Source of the DNA: an archaeon
GTDB taxonomy: Archaea > Nanobdellota > Nanobdellia > SCGC-AAA011-G17 > GW2011-AR17
Direction: 5' to 3'
DNA: 58,572 nt
NCBI GenBank assembly: GCA_043797705.1
Contig: JAZDPJ010000017.1
Coordinates: forward strand, 1 to 58,572
Part shown: piece by piece, positions 37,242-47,203 of the stretch
Position numbering within the stretch: position 1 is the stretch's first letter
Layout of the letters: each line of letters opens with the position of its first letter
Program-made: the position numbers and the translations under genes
Notes under the pieces: model-generated
Databases searched by the model: none
What the model saw: only the letters and a program-made list of their open reading frames with translations
Told to the model about the DNA's origin: nothing

Positions 37242-37718
37242 TTAAAATCCGTAATATACCTGGACAAGTCCATTCACTGTGTCGCCTAATGTAAATCCCA
37301 GCTTTTCGAAAAGGTTTAGGGAAGCTTCGTTATCCTGATGTATGTTGCACTGGTACCTGCCACCTTCACTGATTATGTAGCTGACTATGGCTTCACCGAT
37401 ACCCTGCCCCCGGTATTCTGGGTGGATAACCATTACCCTCAAAAACTCTGTGTCATGATTGTGGAAAGTCTCAATCTCCTGGTAACCGATTATCTTCTTG
37501 CCCTTAACTGCAACTATGCCTTTTGTCGCAGTCTCTGGCTCACATTCAAAATGTGTGGTTTCCACCAAGCTCCTGATTTCTTTAAGATCAGATTCCTTAG
37601 CTTCTCTTATAGTGAAGTCTGAGTATGATGGTTCTTCCTTGTTAGTTTCATACCAATTTTCCCAGTCTTGTTCAGACCAGTCCTTGATAGACTCTTTTGT
37701 TAAATCTTCTAGTTTCAT
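37242..37718 (-). CDS. GNAT-family N-acetyltransferase
   Basis: 158 aa with motif A VMVIHPEYRGQGIGEAIV. Confidence 0.75.
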   Translation of the reverse strand: MKLEDLTKESIKDWSEQDWENWYETNKEEPSYSDFTIREAKESDLKEIRSLVETTHFECEPETATKGIVAVKGKKIIGYQEIETFHNHDTEFLRVMVIHPEYRGQGIGEAIVSYIISEGGRYQCNIHQDNEASLNLFEKLGFTLGDTVNGLVQVYYGF

Positions 37719-37828
37719 GGTTATTTTGAGAATACCTCTCCTTATAAATCTTACTATTCTATAACTACTTACAAGTGACTAAATGAGAAAGGTTTATATA
37801 TGATTAAACTGCTAAAACATCTAAGAAG

Positions 37829-38845
37829 ATGATACTAAACAAACTAAAACCATACATCACAGCAGGAACAATTGGACTAGCAGGAATTCTAGGAATGAAC
37901 ACAGCAAAAGCAGAACCTGTGAGAAAAGTAATACCTGCACCAATGACATATGAGCGGCCAGAAGAAAAACCAGCACAAAGCATGGGTCTAGGACTCCTAC
38001 TAACCGGAGGAGAGATAGCAGCCTCACTACTCACTAATCAAGCGCTACACAACAGATATGACGACCTAACACTAGCAGACCAAGAAAACCTGACAGGATA
38101 CAGGAAAAACCTACCAAAACTAAAAACTGACTACGAATACAACGACTTATCTACAGTCACTAAAGGGATAGAATGGATAATAATAGCAGGAGAACTTGCA
38201 GCAGCATTCTTTGGAACAGTAGCCATACACGAATACGGACATGCAGTAACAGCAAACATCTACGGAGTAGATGTAAGAGACATACAAACCCTCCCAAGCA
38301 CACAAGAAGACGGCACTTTCCTGTTTGGATACACAATCTACGACTGGAAATCCTACGGCAAGAAATCAAACTTTGAAAAAGCACAGATAGCAGCTGGAGG
38401 GATGTTAGCAACAAGAACCTTCGCAGAAAAACTAGACAAGCTAATGGACTCAACAGACATGCCGCCAAGACTAGAACAAGCACTGGCAGCGCTATACTTC
38501 ATGACAAGATTCGACGCAACAAGATACATATTAAGCTGCTCAATAAAATCCTGGACAGACAACCCAATACCCCACTCCAACGATCCGCAAGACATAATAA
38601 ACGCACTAATGCCAAAAAAGAAAGAAACCCATGGAACAGCATTCCTGCCAACAAAAGAAGAAAAAATAATCTACGCAATAGCAACAGGAGCAGTAGCATT
38701 AGACACACTGATGGACTTGAAAGAAATAGAAACAAACCTAAGAAGACTATTCGCTATGGAAACAAAGGACGAAAGGGAAAACTACAACTTCAACCTAAGC
38801 ATGATACCTGGCGGAGTGTATGCTAACTTTACTTATCAGTTCTAA
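37829..38845 (+). CDS. Exported/membrane HExxH protein (M50-like motif, weak family call)
   Basis: 338 aa with signal peptide ...GILGMNTAKA and an HExxH inside a hydrophobic segment (FFGTVAIHEYGHAV). Ends ...GGVYANFTYQF. Confidence 0.6.
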   Translation: MILNKLKPYITAGTIGLAGILGMNTAKAEPVRKVIPAPMTYERPEEKPAQSMGLGLLLTGGEIAASLLTNQALHNRYDDLTLADQENLTGYRKNLPKLKTDYEYNDLSTVTKGIEWIIIAGELAAAFFGTVAIHEYGHAVTANIYGVDVRDIQTLPSTQEDGTFLFGYTIYDWKSYGKKSNFEKAQIAAGGMLATRTFAEKLDKLMDSTDMPPRLEQALAALYFMTRFDATRYILSCSIKSWTDNPIPHSNDPQDIINALMPKKKETHGTAFLPTKEEKIIYAIATGAVALDTLMDLKEIETNLRRLFAMETKDERENYNFNLSMIPGGVYANFTYQF

Positions 38846-38982
38846 GGAAGTTTTTATATAAATAATACTTACCATTTGCAATAGAATGAACAAAATCCTA
38901 GTGATTCTCTTAATCGTTTACTAATTAATCAATAAAAAGTTAAAAGTAAAATTTCCGAAAGATATCCGACTCAACTAGAAAA

Positions 38983-39507
38983 TCAAGGCTTAACCCAGCC
39001 AACCTCATAATAAGTCACATCACCCTCATCATCAACAACAGCCATAAGGAGTTTCTTCTTAGTACTATGAGCAACACGATTCTTAGCAGAAAAATCAAAC
39101 CAAGTCAACTTCTCGGAACCGAAAACAGGATAGACAATCCACCTCGCATGATCCTCACCAGGCTTAACACCCTTATCATAAACACGGAAATCCGCCCCAA
39201 ACTTCAAAGCAGTCTTCACAATATAACCCCTATTCCTCAAATCCTTAAAAACCTCATAACGCACCCTAAAGCCAGCCTCAAGACGCTGCGCTTTCCCTAA
39301 AAAAGCATCAAAATCAAGCTTTTTCCTGCCAGAATACACATCCATCTTCTCCCGTTCAACCAAATACAAAGCCTCTAACAAGGAATAACTAAACCTATCG
39401 CCCTTCTTCTCGCCATACCGGCTCTTCTCATAAAGCTCACTAGCAAGATTACACATCTCAGCCACAACATTCTCACGCATAAACATGCCTGCAATTTTCT
39501 CGCTCAT
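38983..39507 (-). CDS. endA: tRNA-splicing endonuclease
   Basis: 174 aa with catalytic-domain pattern YEVFKDLRNRGYIVKTALKFGADFRVYDKG...HARWIV. Confidence 0.85.
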   Translation of the reverse strand: MSEKIAGMFMRENVVAEMCNLASELYEKSRYGEKKGDRFSYSLLEALYLVEREKMDVYSGRKKLDFDAFLGKAQRLEAGFRVRYEVFKDLRNRGYIVKTALKFGADFRVYDKGVKPGEDHARWIVYPVFGSEKLTWFDFSAKNRVAHSTKKKLLMAVVDDEGDVTYYEVGWVKP

Positions 39508-39561
39508 AATAGCCTAAAAAGACTCGAAACTAATAAATACTTTTCTATTTTAAGAAAGAGC

Positions 39562-40464
39562 ATGGAAATAGTATTTTTAGGCACATCATCAATGATTCCA
39601 ACAAAAGACAGGAACCACACAGCAATAGCCCTAATCTACAAAGGAGAACTAATGCTATTCGACTGCGGAGAAGGAACACAAAGACAAATAAGACTAGCAA
39701 GACTGGCACCATCCAAACTCACAAAACTATTCATAACCCACTGGCACGGAGACCACGTACTAGGGATACCCGGACTAGTGCAAACACTAGGAGGAATAAA
39801 CTATGAAAACACCCTGGAAATCTTTGGACCACAAAAGACAAAAGAATTCATCAACAAAATACTAAATGCATTCCTGTGCGAAAACAAAATAAACATACTC
39901 ACAAAAGATGTAACAGAAGGAAAAGTGATAGAAACAGATGACTATCAAATCAAAGCAATAAAATTAGAACATGGGCCGCCAACACTCGCATACTCATTCG
40001 AAGAAAAAGACAAACTAAGAATCAATCTAAATTATCTTAAAAAATTCGGACTGGAAAAACACCCGATACTAAAAGACCTACAGCAAGGTAAAAACATCAA
40101 ATGGAACGGCAAAACCATAAAATCAAAAGATGCAACAACAATAAAAAAAGGAAAAAAAATATGCATCATACTAGACACCGGCATGACAGCACAACTTGAA
40201 AAAAAACTAACAGCATTCGCCAAAGATGCAGACATACTGATAATGGAAACAACATTCGGAGAGGAACTAGCAGATAAAGCAAAAGCATACGGACACCTAC
40301 ATGTATCTCAAGCAGCAAAACTAGCTAAAAAAGCAAAAGTAAAAAAACTATTCCTAACACACTTCAGCCAAAGATACAGAGATGTTGAAGAACTAAAAGT
40401 GCAGGCAACTAAAATATTCAAAAACACAGAATGCGCAAAAGACCTACTAAAAATAGAACTATAA
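39562..40464 (+). CDS. rnz: Ribonuclease Z
   Basis: 300 aa with the metallo-beta-lactamase HxHxDH motif (THWHGDHVLG) and the C-terminal THFSQRY typical of RNase Z. Confidence 0.85.
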   Translation: MEIVFLGTSSMIPTKDRNHTAIALIYKGELMLFDCGEGTQRQIRLARLAPSKLTKLFITHWHGDHVLGIPGLVQTLGGINYENTLEIFGPQKTKEFINKILNAFLCENKINILTKDVTEGKVIETDDYQIKAIKLEHGPPTLAYSFEEKDKLRINLNYLKKFGLEKHPILKDLQQGKNIKWNGKTIKSKDATTIKKGKKICIILDTGMTAQLEKKLTAFAKDADILIMETTFGEELADKAKAYGHLHVSQAAKLAKKAKVKKLFLTHFSQRYRDVEELKVQATKIFKNTECAKDLLKIEL

Positions 40465-41367
40465 ACCTTTTTTTCTCTTTCTATGCACATAACTATTGAA
40501 AACAAACAACTGCATCCACAAAGCATAAACAAGATTAACCACACTCATAACCAACTTTGCAAAATAAGAAAAAACAAAAGCCCAAAAAGTCCCAGCAATA
40601 AGCAACCCCTGCAAGTAATCAAGACCAATCGAAATAGGCGAAGTGATGAAAGCAAATACCAACATAACCACAACAAGAATCAAAGCAACCAAAAAAACAT
40701 ACCAAAACTGAGTCCTAGCAAACTTAAAAGAACTTTTTATGACACCAGCAGGAGACTTGCCCTTCTCAAGAAACAAAATAGGATAACGGAAAAGCAAAAA
40801 CAACTTCAACAAAACCAACAAAACCAAACCAAACAAGGATATCAAACCCACAGACAAAACAGAATTAATATTACCAACCAAAACATATACTCCCCAACCA
40901 ATAAGAGCAAGCATCAACAAAACAAGAATGCTCAATAAATAAACAAATATCTTCAAAACAACAACATCCCAAAACATACCCTTACTAGACTTCCACGCCT
41001 TAACAATATCAAGCTTTTTATTTCCAGTAATCAAATCTTTAATCAAAGTAAACCTAATCAACTCAACACCAACACCCAATGTAAAAGTAATTATGAATAT
41101 AACAGCAACCCCAATCACAAGAGAAGCCCACTTATCCGCCAACAGCCCCTTAAATAATTCCTGCTGAAAACCCTCAGTTAAAGCAAGATTGCTGATAATA
41201 TCTCTCATCCCAGTAAACTTGAAAAAACCAAGCCCTAAAACCAAAGTAGTAAGAACAAATACTAAATCCGGAACAAAAATTATAGGATGCCTAAGCTGCT
41301 TGATTGAATCAACAATCCCTTTCTCAAAATCCATAACAAAAAACAAGACGAAAAGGTATTTAAACAT
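40459..41367 (-). CDS. Polytopic membrane protein, unknown function
   Basis: The track start 41394 is GTG, so the first ATG (41367) is used; 41334 is an alternative. Several long hydrophobic helices. Confidence 0.55.
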   Translation of the reverse strand: MFKYLFVLFFVMDFEKGIVDSIKQLRHPIIFVPDLVFVLTTLVLGLGFFKFTGMRDIISNLALTEGFQQELFKGLLADKWASLVIGVAVIFIITFTLGVGVELIRFTLIKDLITGNKKLDIVKAWKSSKGMFWDVVVLKIFVYLLSILVLLMLALIGWGVYVLVGNINSVLSVGLISLFGLVLLVLLKLFLLFRYPILFLEKGKSPAGVIKSSFKFARTQFWYVFLVALILVVVMLVFAFITSPISIGLDYLQGLLIAGTFWAFVFSYFAKLVMSVVNLVYALWMQLFVFNSYVHRKRKKGL

Positions 41368-41387
41368 TACTAAAATACTTTGCAAAT

Positions 41388-41930
41388 ATGGCACTATACT
41401 TCATAACCGGAAACAAAGGAAAAATTGCAGAAGCACAAGCAATACTACCTGAAGTAAAAAGCATAGAACTATATCTGCCAGAAATACAATCACTAGATCC
41501 ACTAGAAATAATTGTAGAAAAACTGACAACTGTAAAACAAAGAGAAGGAGAATACTTTGTAGAAGACACTGCACTATACATAGAATGCCTAAACGGATTC
41601 CCAGGACCACTCATAAAATGGTTCCTCCAAACATTAGGGAATGAAGGAATATACGAACTAGTAAGTCACTATGAAAACAAAAATGTTCAAGCAAAAACAA
41701 TCATAGGCTACACAGACAACACTGAAACAAAATTTTTCACAGGAGAACTAGATGGAACAATAGTAAAACCCATAGGGACAGACGGATTTGGATGGGACCC
41801 ATTATTCCAACCAAAAGGGCACACAAAAACACTAGCAGAAATGACACGAGAAGAAAAGAACAGTATCAGCATGAGAAAAGCCTCACTAATGCAGATGAAA
41901 GATTATCTATCCAACAAAAGAAAGCTTTAA
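41388..41930 (+). CDS. Non-canonical purine NTP pyrophosphatase (Ham1/RdgB/ITPase family)
   Basis: 180 aa. The N-terminus FITGNKGKIAEA and the C-terminal GFGWDPLFQP...EEKNSISMR are ITPase-family signatures. Confidence 0.85.
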   Translation: MALYFITGNKGKIAEAQAILPEVKSIELYLPEIQSLDPLEIIVEKLTTVKQREGEYFVEDTALYIECLNGFPGPLIKWFLQTLGNEGIYELVSHYENKNVQAKTIIGYTDNTETKFFTGELDGTIVKPIGTDGFGWDPLFQPKGHTKTLAEMTREEKNSISMRKASLMQMKDYLSNKRKL

Positions 41931-41958
41931 ATAACAACAAAGATTTTTCAAGACCTAA

Positions 41959-42032
41959 GGGCCGGTAGCTCAGACTGGGAGAGCACACGACTGAAGATCG
42001 TGGTGTCCCGGGTTCAAATCCCGGTCGGCCCA
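41959..42032 (+). tRNA. tRNA-Phe (GAA)
   Basis: Hand-folded cloverleaf: acceptor GGGCCGG/TCGGCCC, anticodon stem CACGA/TCGTG, loop CUGAAGA, T-arm CCGGG-TTCAAAT-CCCGG, discriminator A. No encoded CCA and no intron. Confidence 0.9.
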
Positions 42033-42041
42033 TTCTTACAA

Positions 42042-42114
42042 GGGGCTGTAATATAACTTGGTAGTATCCAAGGTTCGGGGCCTTGTAGTCGGGGTTCAAA
42101 TCCTCGCAGTCCCA
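42042..42114 (+). tRNA. tRNA-Pro (CGG)
   Basis: Hand-folded: acceptor GGGGCTG/CAGTCCC (one G-U), anticodon stem CAAGG/CCTTG, loop UUCGGGG, T-arm CGGGG-TTCAAAT-CCTCG. The D-stem is weak and AT-rich. Confidence 0.75.
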
Positions 42115-42170
42115 TACAGAAACTTTTATAAGTTCCCACAATCTGTAATAACACTGAGGTGATACTTTAA

Positions 42171-42707
42171 ATGATGAGAAGAACAAGACCTTCTAAAAAG
42201 AAAGGAGCAATTGAGCTCGGAATGAACACAATCATAATCGTAGTCATAGGAATAACCTTGCTAAGCCTGGCACTAGTATGGATAAGAGGAATGATGGGCG
42301 AAGAAGGAATAGGCGGACTAACAGAAGGAGCATTCGGACAAGCACAATCCGCAATAGGCGACATCTATGAAGGGACATCTGAAGAACTATCTATAGTACC
42401 AGAGACACTATCAATATCACCCGGAGAATCTAACGAAGCCAAAGTAGTATTCTCTAACTTAGAAGATAGTGATTACGATGGAGTAACTTTTCAAATCGAT
42501 ACTGTGACAGAAGGAGACCAAAAGGTAAGCTGCGTCTTCGCAAACACCCTAAAAGCAACAGCAGGACCATATGATGTCCCATCCGGAAAATCAAGAGAAT
42601 TGCAAGTGCTAATAAAAGCCGCAAGTACCTCGCCGTTAGGGACAGCAGTATGCACAGTAACAGCAGAAGGATTTGAAAAAACACTAATCATAACAGTAGG
42701 GAAGTAA
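42171..42707 (+). CDS. Type IV pilin-like protein (class III signal peptide)
   Basis: 178 aa with MMRRTRPSKKKG/AIELGMNTIIIVVIGITLLSLALVWI, followed by a beta-rich domain. Confidence 0.6.
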   Translation: MMRRTRPSKKKGAIELGMNTIIIVVIGITLLSLALVWIRGMMGEEGIGGLTEGAFGQAQSAIGDIYEGTSEELSIVPETLSISPGESNEAKVVFSNLEDSDYDGVTFQIDTVTEGDQKVSCVFANTLKATAGPYDVPSGKSRELQVLIKAASTSPLGTAVCTVTAEGFEKTLIITVGK

Positions 42708-42769
42708 ACCTTCTCTCCTTTTTTTATTATCAAAAACTATAAAAACAAAGCAGAGCTATTTCTTTAGTA

Positions 42770-44128
42770 ATGCTAAGGATTTACAATACGCTTACAAGGA
42801 AACTAGAACCCTTCAAACCAATAAAAAAGAATTCTGTAGGGATGTACACCTGCGGACCAACAGTCTACAGCTATCAGCATATCGGTAACTTAAGAAGCTA
42901 CATTTTCTCAGACATCCTAAAAAGAGTCCTGTTATACGACAATTACAAAGTAAAACACATAATCAATGTAACAGATGTGGGACACCTAACCTCTGATGCA
43001 GACACTGGAGAAGACAAGCTAGAAAAAGCAGCAGCAAAAGAAAAGAAAACCGCAAAAGAAATAGCAGAATACTACTTCAAAATATTCAAAGAAGACTTCA
43101 AAAAACTAAACATACAAGAACCAACAAAATGGACAAAGGCAACAGACCACATCAAAGAGATGATAGAACTAATAAAAAAACTAGAAAAAAAAGGCTATAC
43201 CTACAAGACAACTGACGGAATATACTTTGACACATCTAAATTCAAAAGGTATGGTCAACTGGCAAAACTAAAGATAGAGAACTTGAAAGCAGGGGCACGA
43301 GTACAGCAAGGAGAAAAGAAAAACAAAACAGACTTTGCACTCTGGAAATTCTCAGGCAAAGAAAAAAGACATCAAGAATGGAAAAGTGATTTTGGCACCG
43401 GATTCCCAGGCTGGCACATAGAATGCTCAGCAATGAGCATGAAATACTTAGGAGAAACATTCGACATACACACAGGCGGAGAAGACCACATACCCGTACA
43501 CCACACAAACGAGATAGCACAAAGCGAAGCAGCAACAGGGAAAAAATTCGTAAACTACTGGCTGCACGGAGACTTCCTAACCTTCCAAGGCGAAAAAGTA
43601 AGCAAAAGCAAAGGCGGCCTATACACAATAACCGAACTGGAGAAAGAAGGATTCGAACCGTTAACATTTAGATACTTCACATTTACAGCGCACTACAAAA
43701 AACAGCTCTCCTTCTCAATCGACAACCTAAAGAACGCACAAAACTCCTACAAAAGACTGAAGAACATAATCGCAGAAATAAAAGACGACAAACAAACAAA
43801 CAAAAAATACCTGCAGCAATTTGAAAAAGCAATAAATAATGACCTAGACATGCCAGCAGCACTAGCGACACTATGGAACCTAGTAAGAGACAAAAAAGCA
43901 GAAGGAAAAATACGAACGATAAAACAAATGGACAAAGTATTCGGCCTCAACTTACTAAAAACAGAAAAAATCTCCTTATCTGAAAGCGTACAAAAACTAC
44001 TTGATCAAAGAGAAAAAGCAAGAAAAGAAAAAAACTGGGCAGAAGCAGACAAAATAAGAGACCAATTAAAAGCAAAAGGAATCATGCTAAAAGACACTCC
44101 GACAGGAGTCAAATGGCACAAAGCATAA
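42770..44128 (+). CDS. cysS: Cysteinyl-tRNA synthetase
   Basis: 452 aa with a class I HIGH-type motif ([10 protein letters not shown]) and a KMSKS-type motif (KVSKSKG). Confidence 0.93.
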   Translation: MLRIYNTLTRKLEPFKPIKKNSVGMYTCGPTVYSYQHIGNLRSYIFSDILKRVLLYDNYKVKHIINVTDVGHLTSDADTGEDKLEKAAAKEKKTAKEIAEYYFKIFKEDFKKLNIQEPTKWTKATDHIKEMIELIKKLEKKGYTYKTTDGIYFDTSKFKRYGQLAKLKIENLKAGARVQQGEKKNKTDFALWKFSGKEKRHQEWKSDFGTGFPGWHIECSAMSMKYLGETFDIHTGGEDHIPVHHTNEIAQSEAATGKKFVNYWLHGDFLTFQGEKVSKSKGGLYTITELEKEGFEPLTFRYFTFTAHYKKQLSFSIDNLKNAQNSYKRLKNIIAEIKDDKQTNKKYLQQFEKAINNDLDMPAALATLWNLVRDKKAEGKIRTIKQMDKVFGLNLLKTEKISLSESVQKLLDQREKARKEKNWAEADKIRDQLKAKGIMLKDTPTGVKWHKA

Positions 44129-44155
44129 ATAGTTCCGATTATTATATACTGATAG

Positions 44156-44719
44156 ATGTTAGAAGTTTACCAAGAACTACTAGGCCAAAACCTAGTTTTC
44201 CTGAAAAATCCTATTGACGATGAAGTAGCAACCGACATCATAGCACAACTCCTATGGCTAGATGAAAATAGGTCCGGAGAAACTATAAAACTCCTAATTA
44301 ACAGCCCCGGAGGAGCAGTAAACCAAGGATTAGCAATCTATGACACAATACAACTACTAAAAAATCCAGTCTCAACAATATGTGTCGGCCAAGCATCAAG
44401 TATTGCAACAATAATCCTTGCAGCAGGCGCAGAAGGAGAAAGGTATGCGCTACCCAACGCAACATTAATGATACACCAACCAGGCCAAATCTCAAGTGGA
44501 ACAGAGTCAGATATGGCTATATCTGTAGAACAACTAAAAAAAAGCAGAAGAACATTAGAACTACTCCTAACATTCCATACCGGACAACCGTTAGAAAAAG
44601 TGCACAAAGACTGCGAAAGAGACTTCTACATGAACGCACTAGAAGCTCTTGACTACGGAATAATAGACAGTATAATAACACAATATTTATTACCTTCAAA
44701 ACCCCCTGAAAAAACATGA
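44156..44719 (+). CDS. clpP: ClpP protease subunit, N-terminally short
   Basis: 187 aa with INSPGG, the Ser context GQASSIA, the His context MIHQP and the Asp context CERDFYM. An in-frame TAG lies directly upstream of the ATG. Confidence 0.88.
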   Translation: MLEVYQELLGQNLVFLKNPIDDEVATDIIAQLLWLDENRSGETIKLLINSPGGAVNQGLAIYDTIQLLKNPVSTICVGQASSIATIILAAGAEGERYALPNATLMIHQPGQISSGTESDMAISVEQLKKSRRTLELLLTFHTGQPLEKVHKDCERDFYMNALEALDYGIIDSIITQYLLPSKPPEKT

Positions 44720-45273
44720 AAAAGAGGTACTACCTCCTAATACTAATAGCATTCTTAATTAGTTTAATCTATGACAAACAAATACTAATAGCAATAACAT
44801 CAATAAGAACACCAATACTAAATAGTATCTTCAAATTCCTATCAAGCGCAGGAACATACATACCGATACCCTTACTAATCGTATCCCTCGTTATGTTCTA
44901 CAAAAAAACCAACAAAAAAATAACAGCAGTATGGCTAGCAACACTTGGAGCATTCCTAGTTTCTTTTATGATAAAATACCTAGTTAACAAAGGAAGACCA
45001 GACTTTATAGAAGCATTAACCCTAGAAACAAGCCCATCATTTCCAAGCGCACACGCAGCAGTAAGCTTCGCACCAACATACCTACTAACTAAACACCTGA
45101 AAAAAATATGGATAGCATTCGCAATATTAATAGCATTCAGCAGAGTCTACCTAGGAGTACACTACATGAGCGATGTCATAGCAGGGTCACTACTAGGATA
45201 CTGGATAGGGCACATATTCTCAAAGATAAACTTCTCAAAAGTCAAATTCCTAAAAAAACTCAAAATAGCTTAA
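44716..45273 (+). CDS. PAP2-family lipid phosphatase
   Basis: 185 aa with PAP2 motifs KGRPD, FPSAH and SRVYLGVHYMSD in a polytopic membrane protein. ATGA overlap with the clpP stop. Confidence 0.8.
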   Translation: MKKRYYLLILIAFLISLIYDKQILIAITSIRTPILNSIFKFLSSAGTYIPIPLLIVSLVMFYKKTNKKITAVWLATLGAFLVSFMIKYLVNKGRPDFIEALTLETSPSFPSAHAAVSFAPTYLLTKHLKKIWIAFAILIAFSRVYLGVHYMSDVIAGSLLGYWIGHIFSKINFSKVKFLKKLKIA

Positions 45274-45321
45274 ATAGGATTAGCAAAAACTTAAATATCA
45301 CATATAAAACTAAAGTACGGA

Positions 45322-46716
45322 ATGGATTATGAGGTGATTATATTGGGTGCAGGTCCGGCAGGGCTATTTACAGCTGAGAAAATTTCTTCTGAAAAAGCAG
45401 GAACAAAAGTACTAGTAATAGATAAAGGAAAAGAAATAACAGAAAGAAAATGCCCTGCAAGAACCAACGGTAAAGCATGCATGCAATGCAACATATGCAA
45501 CATATCCCTCGGAGTAGGCGGAGCAGGAGGGCTATCTGATGGAAAGCTAAATTTAGACAATCGAATTGGCATGGACCTAAAAGAATTACAAATAAACAAA
45601 AGAGAAGCAAACAACAAAATAAGCTACATCGATCAAGCATTCGTAAAATACGGAGCAGACGGTAATTTATCAGTACCAAACTCAGAAGAAGCAAAAAAAT
45701 TAGTAGAACGAGCAAAAGACAAAGATGCGACACTTCTAAGAATAAAACAAAGACACATGGGATCAGACAAAACCCCTCGCATAATAAGCAACTTCAAAGA
45801 AGATTTAATGCAAAGAGGAGTAGAATTTCTAGTAAAAACAGAAGTTGAAAACATAGAAGTAGAAAACGGATTTGAATTAGAAACCTCAAAAGGAACACTT
45901 TCATCAAAATACTTAGTTGCAGCACCCGGAAGAGGAGGAGCATACTGGTTTAGGGACCAAGCAGAAAGCTTAGGACTGGAATATAGATTTGGAGAAATAG
46001 ATGTCGGAGTAAGAGTAGAAATAGATGCCGAAGCATACAAAGAAGTGACAGACTTATTTTATGACCCCAAATTCAAAATGATCACTAGAAAATATAATGA
46101 CCCAGTAAGAACATTCTGCACAAACCCCCAAGGAGAAGTAACAGCAGAACTTATAACAGACACAAAAGGAGAAAACATAATACTAGTAAACGGACACGCA
46201 AACAAAGAACACAAAACACAAAATACAAACTTCGCAATCCTATATACCATAAACCTAACAAACCCTCAAGGAGACACAACAGAATACGGAAGAAACATAG
46301 CAAAATTTGCAAACTTCATCAGCGGAGGCAAACCACTCATACAAAGATATAGTGATCTGCGAAATCACAGAAGATCGACAGAGAAATCAATAAGCAAAAA
46401 TCGAGTACAACCAACACTGCAAGGCTGCAACCCCGGAGACCTAGCAATGGCACTGCCCTCCAGAGTAATGTCCAACATAATGGAAGCACTAGACACACTT
46501 GAGAAAATACTACCAGGAACAGTAAATGAATCCACACTACTATACGCCCCTGAAATAAAATTCTACGACACAAAATACTCCACAACAAAAAACCTAGAAA
46601 CAGCAATAAAGAACCTATATGTAGCAGGAGACGGAGTAGGAAAATCAAGAGGAATAGTAGGAGCAGCACTAGGCGGCTTATTAGCAGCAGAAGGAATTCT
46701 AAAAAAACTGCGTTAA
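45322..46716 (+). CDS. FAD-dependent dehydrogenase (COG2509-like, inference)
   Basis: 464 aa with an N-terminal GxGxxG (ILGAGPAGLF), a Cys cluster CPARTNGKACMQCNIC and a C-terminal GDGVGKSRGIVGAA. Confidence 0.7.
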   Translation: MDYEVIILGAGPAGLFTAEKISSEKAGTKVLVIDKGKEITERKCPARTNGKACMQCNICNISLGVGGAGGLSDGKLNLDNRIGMDLKELQINKREANNKISYIDQAFVKYGADGNLSVPNSEEAKKLVERAKDKDATLLRIKQRHMGSDKTPRIISNFKEDLMQRGVEFLVKTEVENIEVENGFELETSKGTLSSKYLVAAPGRGGAYWFRDQAESLGLEYRFGEIDVGVRVEIDAEAYKEVTDLFYDPKFKMITRKYNDPVRTFCTNPQGEVTAELITDTKGENIILVNGHANKEHKTQNTNFAILYTINLTNPQGDTTEYGRNIAKFANFISGGKPLIQRYSDLRNHRRSTEKSISKNRVQPTLQGCNPGDLAMALPSRVMSNIMEALDTLEKILPGTVNESTLLYAPEIKFYDTKYSTTKNLETAIKNLYVAGDGVGKSRGIVGAALGGLLAAEGILKKLR

Positions 46717-46747
46717 ACTTAAATAATAGTACTCTCTAAGAAGCGAT

Positions 46748-47203
46748 ATGATATGCTTATTAGCATTACCAATCCTAGCAATACTAGGAATATTCTCAGC
46801 AACACACAGAAAAATAGCAGCAGAAGCATTCGACTGCGTATTCAGAAGAATAACCCTAAGAAAATGCGAATCAAGCCTAGACACAAGATTGAAGAGCTCC
46901 ATTACCGCCACAGTAATGAGAAGAAGCCCAAAAACAGCAGGATGGATATTCAAACACTTTGAACTAATCTCCTGGATATTCCTAATACTAATGCTTATAT
47001 CAACATTCTACTCCATACAAGGAGTGTACAACTATGTAGCGTACGGCAACTGCAACGGAGAAGACTCCCCAGCATACTGTATATTCACGGAATTTGAAAC
47101 AACCACAACAACTTGTGAATTATGCAACCACGAACCCTGCACCTGCGAAGAACAATGCGTTGGAGAAGAATGCCCAGAAACCTGCGACACAGGGGGTGAG
47201 TGA
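46748..47203 (+). CDS. Membrane protein with Cys-rich acidic C-terminal tail, unknown function
   Basis: 151 aa with two hydrophobic segments, then GNCNGEDSPAYC...TCELCNHEPCTCEEQCVGEECPETC. Its stop overlaps the probable sufS-like start region. Confidence 0.5.
   Translation: MICLLALPILAILGIFSATHRKIAAEAFDCVFRRITLRKCESSLDTRLKSSITATVMRRSPKTAGWIFKHFELISWIFLILMLISTFYSIQGVYNYVAYGNCNGEDSPAYCIFTEFETTTTTCELCNHEPCTCEEQCVGEECPETCDTGGE

Noticed and set aside
41866-42186. 106-aa minus-strand ORF.
   Set aside because: It spans both tRNA genes. The open frame is produced by the GC-rich tRNA sequence and has no independent support.
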